Source: a virus (lineage: Duplodnaviria; Caudoviricetes). Taken from it: 38,495 nucleotides of DNA. Each line of letters begins with the position of its first letter. Within the stretch, counting starts at the first letter, position 1. The DNA lies in the IMG/VR virus record IMGVR_UViG_3300005805_000209, positions 1 through 38,495 of that record. One strand, 5' to 3'. Below are positions 1 to 8,091 of the stretch, piece after piece. The notes under the pieces were generated by a model. That model saw only the letters and a program-made list of their open reading frames with translations. It was not told the origin of the DNA and ran no database searches. Both the position numbers and the translations under genes were made by a program.

Positions 1-387
1 TGGAGCTTGAAGGACCAGCACAGTGTTAGCTTCCAGTACCTTGCCCAAGGCATTGACGGCATCACGATATGCGATGATTGCCAGGATATGAGCTTGCCTA
101 ACTGCGAAGACCCGACAGTAGAAGTTGACATAGCGGACGGAACATACACAGCAACCTTGGAAGACGAGACTACTGGCGTGGCATACACGCAGACGGTGAC
201 TGCTGCTGATGGCAGCTTCACGTGGGACGCATCCACTCCTGAAGGCTTACTCACACCGTTCAGTGTCTACACGCTGAGCCTGGTTGACGGAGATGGCAAT
301 CACGTGTCGTGGATTACAGGCGAGGTGGAGTACAACTGCGTGCGCTTGACCTTCCAGAGTTTCGTTGACACCAACCCACCGTCATGA
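1..387 (+). CDS. 5'-truncated copy (C-terminal half) of the 37760..38473 hypothetical virion protein
   Basis: Translation matches the C-terminal part of the 237-aa ORF except S/N and A/T changes. Confidence 0.85.
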   Translation, partial: WSLKDQHSVSFQYLAQGIDGITICDDCQDMSLPNCEDPTVEVDIADGTYTATLEDETTGVAYTQTVTAADGSFTWDASTPEGLLTPFSVYTLSLVDGDGNHVSWITGEVEYNCVRLTFQSFVDTNPPS

Positions 388-409
388 TAGAGATCGCTGT
401 ACTGCTTCT
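1..409 (+). repeat. Terminal direct repeat / circular overlap, copy 1
   Basis: Aligns without gaps to 38087-38495 with 16 substitutions (about 96% identity). Confidence 0.97.
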
Positions 410-659
410 ACTGAACTCACTGTACTGCATAGGCTTCTACCTAAGCACGGACGAAGGCATGCTGCTAGAGCCTGTGCAATCGCTTGAGAAGTACCTCGGC
501 TTCTGGTACAATCCGGTAGCTGGCTGCATCACTTGCATGGCATCGCTACACAGTTGGCCGTACCTAGTGTACAACGGTCTTGACTGGTTCTACGTGGTGT
601 ACATCTGTGCGTTAGCAGGAGTCAACACGATACTGTACAACAAAGGATTGAATGACTGA
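384..659 (+). CDS. Small membrane protein with CxxC motif (DUF1360-like)
   Basis: Hydrophobic segments; PVAGCITCMASLHSW; ATGA overlap with upstream stop. Confidence 0.65.
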   Translation: MIEIAVLLLLNSLYCIGFYLSTDEGMLLEPVQSLEKYLGFWYNPVAGCITCMASLHSWPYLVYNGLDWFYVVYICALAGVNTILYNKGLND

Positions 660-876
660 AATCAATGCTTACCTCGTACAACGCGGATTCAACCCATTGC
701 CGAAGTGTGGCGTGTGCAAGTCCAAGCCGTTCCGGTGGCGTAAAGGCGGGTACGAGTTTAAACTATATGCAACCAACAAATGGCAGCTCTTACTGGGAGG
801 TGCGCTAGTACGATATGGACAAATTGAAACAGCTATTGCAGAGATGCAAGAATACCTGGGCGAAGGTCAAGACTAA
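652..876 (+). CDS. Hypothetical protein with CxxC (CGVC)
   Basis: 74-aa ORF overlapping both neighbours in the operon. Confidence 0.6.
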   Translation: MTEINAYLVQRGFNPLPKCGVCKSKPFRWRKGGYEFKLYATNKWQLLLGGALVRYGQIETAIAEMQEYLGEGQD

Positions 877-1423
877 GTTAGGCGGCAAGCCTGTGTGGCA
901 ACTCGAAGAGGGCCATGTCATTGAGCCAGCGTTCATCAGTAATGGAGTACAGTACTATCGGCTGAAGGACTACTTCAATACCTTCAGTCTACGTGGGCTG
1001 ATGGCCTTGCAAGTATACGAGGAGTGGAACATGCGTATGAGCAAGGAGCAGCTAGTGGAGTTCATTGAGAAGGCTGAGAAGGTGATGAGCAACCCCAAGC
1101 AGATTAACATCGGCGAGATTGCGCGTCTTGTAGGATTGATGAAGGAGCGGATTGAGTTCGTAGTTCCGACTACTGACCTCATCTACAAGTTCGCATCAGT
1201 GGCGTTCTTCGACAAGAATGAGTCTCCGTACAGCTACGACCCGGAGTACAACAAGGAGAAGATAGCGCGCTGGAAGGAGGCGGCTGATGTGTCGGATTTT
1301 TTTATCGTGATGCGTCTCAAGGATATAGTACCCTTGCCGACGCTGTCCGAGGAAGATTTGAAAACCTGTTTGGCGGTGGTGGACCAGGTAGCAGGCCGTC
1401 ACTCACAGATAGTGTCCCGATGA
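815..1423 (+). CDS. Putative tail assembly chaperone (gpG-like) with slippery site T TTT TTT at 1297-1303
   Basis: Charged helical 202 aa upstream of the tape measure gene; -1 frame open from the slippery site to 1563. Confidence 0.55.
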   Translation: MDKLKQLLQRCKNTWAKVKTKLGGKPVWQLEEGHVIEPAFISNGVQYYRLKDYFNTFSLRGLMALQVYEEWNMRMSKEQLVEFIEKAEKVMSNPKQINIGEIARLVGLMKERIEFVVPTTDLIYKFASVAFFDKNESPYSYDPEYNKEKIARWKEAADVSDFFIVMRLKDIVPLPTLSEEDLKTCLAVVDQVAGRHSQIVSR

Positions 1424-1563
1424 AGCTGGCGAAGCAGAACGAGGATAGGTTCTTACAGATGATTATGCTGAACAAGCACTTCAAGATAAATTGCCACAGG
1501 GTAACCCTCTGGGAATACATGCTACTGATTGAGCAGATAGATAAACAAGCAAACGAAAAATAA
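1420..1563 (+). CDS. Small ORF MKLAKQNEDRF...QANEK (47 aa), probable gpT-like frameshift extension
   Basis: Not in the ORF track; ATGA overlap; in the -1 frame of 815..1423; stops 1 nt before the next ATG. Confidence 0.6.
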   Translation: MKLAKQNEDRFLQMIMLNKHFKINCHRVTLWEYMLLIEQIDKQANEK

Positions 1564-1564
1564 A

Positions 1565-1855
1565 ATGGCAAAGAATTTAACAGCAACCAAGTACGATCTT
1601 GTTGACAGAGGTGGTGCTAGTGTGGCATTCCCATCAACTGTACAGTTCGTGATTGACTATGGTACGTATACCAAGGAATACTTCGTGAACACAAGTAACA
1701 TGGTACTGACATACGACAGTGCTGCCAACTACTTCGAGATATACAGCCAGAGTCATTGCATCTACAAGTATGAGCCTGGTGATACCTATGGCGGTGCTGC
1801 GATTGCTGATGCTGCAACCATGGCCGGCAGTGTTGTAGGTGACACGATGATCTAA
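1565..1855 (+). CDS. Hypothetical (possible virion) protein
   Basis: 96 aa, coupled spacing, beta-rich composition. Confidence 0.7.
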   Translation: MAKNLTATKYDLVDRGGASVAFPSTVQFVIDYGTYTKEYFVNTSNMVLTYDSAANYFEIYSQSHCIYKYEPGDTYGGAAIADAATMAGSVVGDTMI

Positions 1856-1856
1856 C

Positions 1857-2168
1857 ATGTCGTATCAGATAGTTGACGCAAGCGACACGCAGGTAACTGT
1901 CGTGGAGAATGGAGTGGCCTATGCTTTCAAGAAGACAGGATGCTCGGTGCTGGTGCGCGGTGACTACTTGATATTTGTCGCAGCGATACCGGAGCGCAAC
2001 GTGTACAACGTGCAGTTCCAGATTCTATACAGCGATTGCACCAACCCAGCGGAGCCATCGGCGATAGACTTAGAGACGGCAGTGAATGCCATCCTTGACA
2101 GCTACGCAGGTGGAGGCGGTGGAGGCTTCGACCCTAACAAATCAATGGCATACATAGCAGCATACTGA
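1857..2168 (+). CDS. Hypothetical (possible tail-associated) protein
   Basis: 103 aa with C-terminal GGGGGG linker; TGATG coupling to the next gene. Confidence 0.7.
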   Translation: MSYQIVDASDTQVTVVENGVAYAFKKTGCSVLVRGDYLIFVAAIPERNVYNVQFQILYSDCTNPAEPSAIDLETAVNAILDSYAGGGGGGFDPNKSMAYIAAY

Positions 2169-3403
2169 TGTACTTATCCGGAACTACCCATACATTACAA
2201 ATCGAGCTACTTGCCTCAGCGGTCACTGACCCTGAGTACGTAGTCAGCTACCAGGATGTCACTAGCGCGGGCATGACCTTGCCGATGGCTAGCTCTCAAG
2301 GCACGACCAACGACACCACTGCGGTGACTATGGTTGCTGCACCAGGTGCCAGCACTACGCGGCAGGTGACGCACATCAGTCTGTTCAACCATAACAGTAG
2401 CAGCGTGACAGCTCGCATCTGGAAGGATGTGGGCGGCATGGAGTACAACCTATGCAGGGTGCTGTTGCAGGTTGGCGATACGCTGGAGTGGACGCGTGAG
2501 ACCGGCTGGCATGTCCTTACAAACAGCCAACAGGAGAGCGTTATCATTACGGAGTTCACAGCTAACGGCACATGGACGAAGCCTGCGGGGCTGAAGCGTG
2601 CGCTGGTGTGCTGCGTGGGAGCTGGCGGTGGTGGCGGTAGTGGTCGCTGCGATAACGCTGGATTGAACCGCTTCGGCGGTGGAGGTGGCGGAGGTGGCGC
2701 GATAGTATGGCGGCAGATTGCAGCTGCGGACTTGACTGCTACGGTTGCTGTCACTACCGGCACAGGTGGTACTGGAGGCACAGGCGTGAGTACGGTTGCG
2801 ACTAGCGGAAACGCAGGAACGGCAGGCGGTGATACGAACTTCGGTGCGCTGGTTATTGCGAAAGGTGGTAGTGCTGGTTTTGGTGGAACTGCAACTACTG
2901 GTAACCCAGGACAGCCAGGACAATCCTCTGCATCTTCTCCTTCGTATGGTCCTTTTGCAATTACAGGAGCAACAGGTGGTAATGGTCAGTCTGGTAGTGG
3001 TAGTGGAGGAACTGCTGGTATGAATGGTCAGACAGGTGCTCCGGCAGGCGGTGGCGGTGGCGGTATCACTTCAGCTAACGCAAGCAGTACAGCAGGTGGT
3101 GCCGGTGGTGGTGTATATCAAAACGGTGCTCTAATCGCAGGCCCAACCTCCGGCGCATCACCCAACGGAGCGTCCAACCAGTCACGCTTCCTGCTCTTCA
3201 GTTCAACGCTATCCTCCGCAGCGGGTCTCGGTACCGGCGGTGCGGGTGGGTATCACACAAGCTATCCAACCTTCATCGCAGGCGGCAACGGTGGCAGCTA
3301 CGGCGCAGGCGGCGGCGGTGGAAGCGCAAGCGTCACAGGTAACATCTCCGGAGCAGGTGGCAACGGTGCTGCAGGTCTATGTCTAGTCATGGAGGTCTAC
3401 TGA
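2168..3403 (+). CDS. Glycine-rich tail fibre / adhesin-like protein
   Basis: FTANGTWTKP...VGAGGGGGSG...GGNGAAG..VMEVY, the typical phage glycine-rich domain. Confidence 0.75.
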   Translation: MYLSGTTHTLQIELLASAVTDPEYVVSYQDVTSAGMTLPMASSQGTTNDTTAVTMVAAPGASTTRQVTHISLFNHNSSSVTARIWKDVGGMEYNLCRVLLQVGDTLEWTRETGWHVLTNSQQESVIITEFTANGTWTKPAGLKRALVCCVGAGGGGGSGRCDNAGLNRFGGGGGGGGAIVWRQIAAADLTATVAVTTGTGGTGGTGVSTVATSGNAGTAGGDTNFGALVIAKGGSAGFGGTATTGNPGQPGQSSASSPSYGPFAITGATGGNGQSGSGSGGTAGMNGQTGAPAGGGGGGITSANASSTAGGAGGGVYQNGALIAGPTSGASPNGASNQSRFLLFSSTLSSAAGLGTGGAGGYHTSYPTFIAGGNGGSYGAGGGGGSASVTGNISGAGGNGAAGLCLVMEVY

Positions 3404-3681
3404 TGGTCATGATACTAGAGCACAACGAGAGACAGATAGATGCAAGCACACTGCTTCGCATCACCGTGTACGAAGGCTATGACTTCGACAGTCAGCCAGG
3501 TCACGTGCACTACGAGATATGTGAGTACCAATATACCTTGTGGTATCAGCCAGACGGCTATACCTACGCCAAGCCTGTGATTGAGTCAGGAACACTACCG
3601 CTGACACTTCAACTCGTGCAACAGTGGGGGGCTGATGACCAGCCTATCTTTGACTATGTTATGCAGGAGCTTGGATTGTAA
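3403..3681 (+). CDS. Hypothetical protein (possible fibre chaperone)
   Basis: ATG at 3403 overlaps the fibre stop (TGATG); acidic 92 aa. Confidence 0.65.
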   Translation: MVMILEHNERQIDASTLLRITVYEGYDFDSQPGHVHYEICEYQYTLWYQPDGYTYAKPVIESGTLPLTLQLVQQWGADDQPIFDYVMQELGL

Positions 3682-3815
3682 TGGCAAAGGTTAAAGAACT
3701 CAAGACCTTCCGGCGTAAGCCAAGGCGCAAGCGACCAGGGAGGCACAGCAAGAAACGGAGCAGCAAGCTCAAGACTAGCAAGATCTATAAGAAACGCTAC
3801 AAAGGTCAGGGCTAA
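3681..3815 (+). CDS. 44-aa highly basic peptide ending KKRYKGQG
   Basis: Not in the ORF track; TAATG coupling at both ends; MAKVKELKTFRRKPRRKRPGRHSKKRSSKLKTSKIYKKRYKGQG. Confidence 0.8.
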   Translation: MAKVKELKTFRRKPRRKRPGRHSKKRSSKLKTSKIYKKRYKGQG

Positions 3816-6193
3816 TGGCTACGACTGAAACAGTCAAGATAGTATTCGAGGTCGATAACAAGGCCGTCACCGATACAGTTCAAGACCTTGCTGCACTTGG
3901 CAAGGTATCTCAAGAGGACGCTGCGAAGTTCAAGCAGCTCAGCGATGCCAGCAAGGCCGCCAGCAAGGACATTGCCGCAGTTGGCAAGTCAGCTGCGGAG
4001 GTCGGCAAGATTGGTCAGGAGGCACAGAAGTCCAGCGAGGGCTTCGTGTCGCTTCGTACTCAGCTGAAGCAAGCCAAGGATGAACTGGCAAGGCTGAGCG
4101 AAGAGTTCGGTGACTTCAGTCCACAGGCTAATGCAGCGAGGGCGCGTGCTGGTGAGCTTGCCGATGAGCTGAGTGACTTGAACAGGCAGGTGAACTTGTT
4201 GAATCCTGAGAGTAAGATTCAGGCGTTCAGCGCGTTCGGCTCAGGTGTAGTGGGCGCGTTCCAGGTAGCTACTGGAGCCTTGCAAGCGTTTGGAGTGGAG
4301 AATGAGCAGGTGCAACAGGTAGCACAGCGATTGCAGGGTGCATTGAACATCGTGCAAGGTGTGCAGTCTATTGTTCAGCTCAAGGAGGCATACCAGGATG
4401 TGAAGGCGGTGCTCGGAATTACTACCGTAGCACAGAATACATTGACAGCAGCTACTACGGCAGGAACCGTTGCTACAAATGGTGCCTCGATTGCGACCAG
4501 AGGATTTGCTGTTGCCCTGACATCTACTGGTATCGGTGCTATTGTAGTTGCACTGGGTGCGCTTATTGGTGCATATTTACTATACAGCAATGCATCAGAA
4601 GATGCTAAAGCTGACGAAGAAGCACTCAAAGCTGCACAAGACGCAAGCAAGACTTCAACTGATAGGCTCAAGGATGCTGTCAATGATCTTGCTGTCGCAA
4701 GAGGAGAGAAGACTGAATCACAAGTCAAGAAGGAAAAATTGACCGAAGAGTCACAAGAACGGCAGAAAACAAATGCTAAAGTTCTAAAGGATGCCGAGAA
4801 AGAACTATCTAATGCAATAGCATCCCGCCAACAGTTGACAAGAGGTGCAGCCCCTAGCCTAGTAAAAGAGCGCGATTTGCGTTTGCAAAATGCTAGGATA
4901 GCAGTTGCCGCTGCCAAGAAAGCTATTGCAGATGAGGAAACTACACTGCAGGCTCAAAAAGACACTATTGATGTCTTAGATGAGAAAAAAGAAGCGACTG
5001 ATACAGCTGCAGCCGCAACTAAGGCAGCAAATGACCAAGCCCAGCGGACTGTAAAAATTATACAAGATACGGTCGCAGCGTTTGACGAAGAGCGTAAGAT
5101 TCGTGAAAACAATGTCGAATTGAATCGCCTCATGGGTGCAAGTGAGGAAGATATACTTCGACAGAAACAGTTCAACATTCAAGCAGATATTGAAGGACTT
5201 CAGAAGCTAGCTGATCTAGCAAAGGGTACAAGTCAATATCAATCTTTGGTAGCAAGAGTCAATGAAGCTAAGCGTGAGCAAGTCAAACTTGACCTTCAAC
5301 TAGCTAATGCCTTAAAGACTGATAAGATTGTAGAAGGTTATGAACGTGTCAAGACTGCGATTGAAGCTGTTAATGCTGAACTTGCAAAGGCAATACCATT
5401 AACTGTCGCTGTCTCAGGAAGTGCAACTGATATGAACAAGCAGATGTTCGATGAGGGTGACAAGCTGCGCAACCGTAGGACTGAAGATGCTGAGTTTAGC
5501 TTGAAACTTGCGACCGATTCAGCTGACTTCCTGCTAGATGAAGCAAGGAGAGAATCTGATGAAAAGATTGCAATACTTGAAGAACAGCGCAAAGCTGGAT
5601 TGATTACGGAAGAGGAATACCAGGCAGGCCTTAAGAAGATCAAGCAGAAGAACGCCGAGGACACTAAGAAGTTCAACGTGTTCAGTGCCTTGCTTCAGAC
5701 TGCCAACGCAATCATCAACGCGCTTAATACACCTCCAAATCCGCTAGACCCAACAGCCATACCTAGAGCGGTGGCCTTCGCAGCCATCACCGGAGCGGCG
5801 AACCTGGCGAAGATTCTTGCCACTCCTATCCCCAAGTTCCAGCAAGGTACCCTCTCGGTGCCTGGTCAAGACTTCGGCAGGGACTCAGTCTACGCGATGC
5901 TGCGACCTGGTGAGGCGGTGATACCAACTGAGACCAACCGAGCCTACGCGCCGACAATAGAAGCTATCTACCGCAAGCGCATCAAGCCTAGCGAGATCAA
6001 TGCCTTCGTGCTGAACCGCATGACTGGCAAGGGTAGCATCGGCAGGGATACTGCGGTGACAGCGAGTGTAGATACCTTTGCGCTGAGCAAGGCAATGAGT
6101 AAACAGAAGACAGTAGAAGTGGGCAATGCTCGCACGGTGGGCAAGGCAATAGCAGGTGAGATTCTCAAGGCTTACAACCCACGCCGCGCATGA
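3815..6193 (+). CDS. Tail tape measure protein
   Basis: 792 aa, Ala/Lys/Glu helical, hydrophobic TGIGAIVVALGALI segment, C-terminal KFQQG...DSVYAMLRPGEAVI motif. Confidence 0.88.
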   Translation: MATTETVKIVFEVDNKAVTDTVQDLAALGKVSQEDAAKFKQLSDASKAASKDIAAVGKSAAEVGKIGQEAQKSSEGFVSLRTQLKQAKDELARLSEEFGDFSPQANAARARAGELADELSDLNRQVNLLNPESKIQAFSAFGSGVVGAFQVATGALQAFGVENEQVQQVAQRLQGALNIVQGVQSIVQLKEAYQDVKAVLGITTVAQNTLTAATTAGTVATNGASIATRGFAVALTSTGIGAIVVALGALIGAYLLYSNASEDAKADEEALKAAQDASKTSTDRLKDAVNDLAVARGEKTESQVKKEKLTEESQERQKTNAKVLKDAEKELSNAIASRQQLTRGAAPSLVKERDLRLQNARIAVAAAKKAIADEETTLQAQKDTIDVLDEKKEATDTAAAATKAANDQAQRTVKIIQDTVAAFDEERKIRENNVELNRLMGASEEDILRQKQFNIQADIEGLQKLADLAKGTSQYQSLVARVNEAKREQVKLDLQLANALKTDKIVEGYERVKTAIEAVNAELAKAIPLTVAVSGSATDMNKQMFDEGDKLRNRRTEDAEFSLKLATDSADFLLDEARRESDEKIAILEEQRKAGLITEEEYQAGLKKIKQKNAEDTKKFNVFSALLQTANAIINALNTPPNPLDPTAIPRAVAFAAITGAANLAKILATPIPKFQQGTLSVPGQDFGRDSVYAMLRPGEAVIPTETNRAYAPTIEAIYRKRIKPSEINAFVLNRMTGKGSIGRDTAVTASVDTFALSKAMSKQKTVEVGNARTVGKAIAGEILKAYNPRRA

Positions 6194-8091
6194 TCCGAGT
6201 AAAGTTAGACGGCAACATAGTGCAGACTCCTGACAACTGGAAGGAGCTCTCTAGCAAGGTCAAGCGCGATGATACCTACAATGCGATACTCATATACCAG
6301 GAGTCGGACTTAGAGTTCACCGGAGATGGGTATCAGTACCTGTTGAACGTACTCACTGAGCAGGGCTTCTGCTCGATTGTGGAGGTTATTATAGAACGCA
6401 GCTGCGATGATGACAGCAGCTGGAAGATGTTGCTGCGCGGTAAGATATTCATATCAGATGTCAAGTTTAACGAGCGTGCATGCAGGGCTTCAGCGAAGAT
6501 TGAGGACACGAGCTTCTTCAGCCTTATTAAGAACAACGCGAAGATCAAGACTCCGCTAGATGCGTTCAAGACTAAGAACAACCTAGACATCGCACCGTAC
6601 ACGCAGTACGATGTTGACTTCTACGATGTTCCTAGCAACAGCTTGACCGTAGCCATCGGAGTGCCGACTACACGCGTCTACGATGCCTTCGCCTACATTA
6701 TCAGCTTCATGACCGATAACCGTGTGGGGTTCGCCTCCACACTGTTCGACATAGGCGGTGATTGGGAGGGTCTGTGCGTGACTACCGGCAAGCGCATACG
6801 GATGCAGACTCCGGAAGCATGGGAGCAGATGAGCTTCAATGACCTGTTCACTGAAGTCAGAGCTGCGACTGAGCCGCTCAAGATGATTGTAGAGGACCCC
6901 TATGGAAGTCCGACCATACGTATTGAGCGCGAGTCGTACACGTTTGGCAACCCTATCATACTGACTCTGCCGGATGTGTATGAGATTAACACAAGCTGCC
7001 TCACTGAGAAGCTGTACACGACTATCAACGTAGGGTCAAGCGTGCTGGAAAACAACATCGCATACGCCTTCCCTGAGCTGATTGACTACTTCGGCTTTAA
7101 GTCTGAGGAGCTGTTCGTTCGCGGTGAGTGCAACATTGAATCAAGCCTTGACATTACCGGAGATTGGGCGCGGTCTAGCAACGTGATTGAGAAGGCTTTG
7201 GGTCCTTCGCAGGATTACGATGAAACGCTGTTCCTGATTGATACGGAACTGACTAGCTCAGCTGCCGGTCGCACGACCAACACAAACACCTTCGACCTGA
7301 ACCCACCGCAATACTTCTACAACGATAGGCTGCGGAACTCGGAGATACTAGCAAGGTGGACTGGTGGACTGCCCAACACGGTCGCTAAGTTGCTAGGGAC
7401 GCCAGGAGATGGCATCTTCCTAGCGACCAAGACCTCTGACCAGACGCTGACGCTTGCAGGCTCATTCCTGACACCTATAAACTTCACCAACACGGTGACC
7501 AACGTAGGCGGTAACTACGATGGCACGAACAAGTTCACAGCTTCAGTGACAGGTACCTACTACATGCACGCCAACCTACTATCGACAATCACCTTCGCAG
7601 GTGGTTCGACAGATGGCTGGGTGCGGTATAGCTGGAAGGTATTCGACATTACAAATACCTTCAAGTACGTCAAGTCAAGCATATACTATCCGGTTGCTTC
7701 AAGCTCACCTAGTCAGGTGATTGACTACTCTGAAACGCTTGTACTGTCTGCGGGTGACTATGCTCAGCTGTTCGTGAACTTCAATACAATCGGTTCTATC
7801 CTAAGCACAGCAACTACATCGACAGGCTCACTGATTGAATCAATAGACAACACAGTTGCAGGCGGTGACTTCCAACTGGTTGACCCCAATGAATATCCGG
7901 TACTCCTCCACGAGTTCGAGTACCCAATCACAGATGACGAGTTCGACATGATAGTCGCAGACCCAACAGCTCGGATTCAGTTCGGGATGAACAACCAGGC
8001 CTACCGCGCTGCCTGGATTCAGGACATCCAATATGACCACGTCACCAAGAAATGTAACTTTAAGCTAGTCACTACGCGCAATGCCAATTGA
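6190..8091 (+). CDS. Tail tip / baseplate hub-like protein
   Basis: Directly follows the tape measure gene; 633 aa with a beta-rich insert (FTASVTGTYYMHANL). Confidence 0.65.
   Translation: MIRVKLDGNIVQTPDNWKELSSKVKRDDTYNAILIYQESDLEFTGDGYQYLLNVLTEQGFCSIVEVIIERSCDDDSSWKMLLRGKIFISDVKFNERACRASAKIEDTSFFSLIKNNAKIKTPLDAFKTKNNLDIAPYTQYDVDFYDVPSNSLTVAIGVPTTRVYDAFAYIISFMTDNRVGFASTLFDIGGDWEGLCVTTGKRIRMQTPEAWEQMSFNDLFTEVRAATEPLKMIVEDPYGSPTIRIERESYTFGNPIILTLPDVYEINTSCLTEKLYTTINVGSSVLENNIAYAFPELIDYFGFKSEELFVRGECNIESSLDITGDWARSSNVIEKALGPSQDYDETLFLIDTELTSSAAGRTTNTNTFDLNPPQYFYNDRLRNSEILARWTGGLPNTVAKLLGTPGDGIFLATKTSDQTLTLAGSFLTPINFTNTVTNVGGNYDGTNKFTASVTGTYYMHANLLSTITFAGGSTDGWVRYSWKVFDITNTFKYVKSSIYYPVASSSPSQVIDYSETLVLSAGDYAQLFVNFNTIGSILSTATTSTGSLIESIDNTVAGGDFQLVDPNEYPVLLHEFEYPITDDEFDMIVADPTARIQFGMNNQAYRAAWIQDIQYDHVTKKCNFKLVTTRNAN

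Noticed and set aside
1-409. Diversity-generating retroelement TR/VR pair (1-409 versus 38087-38495)
   Set aside because: Mismatches are not adenine-specific, are mostly synonymous, and no reverse transcriptase is encoded
2600-3380. Collagen-like or DNA tandem repeat
   Set aside because: Poly-Gly runs are not Gly-X-Y periodic; this is an ordinary glycine-rich fibre domain
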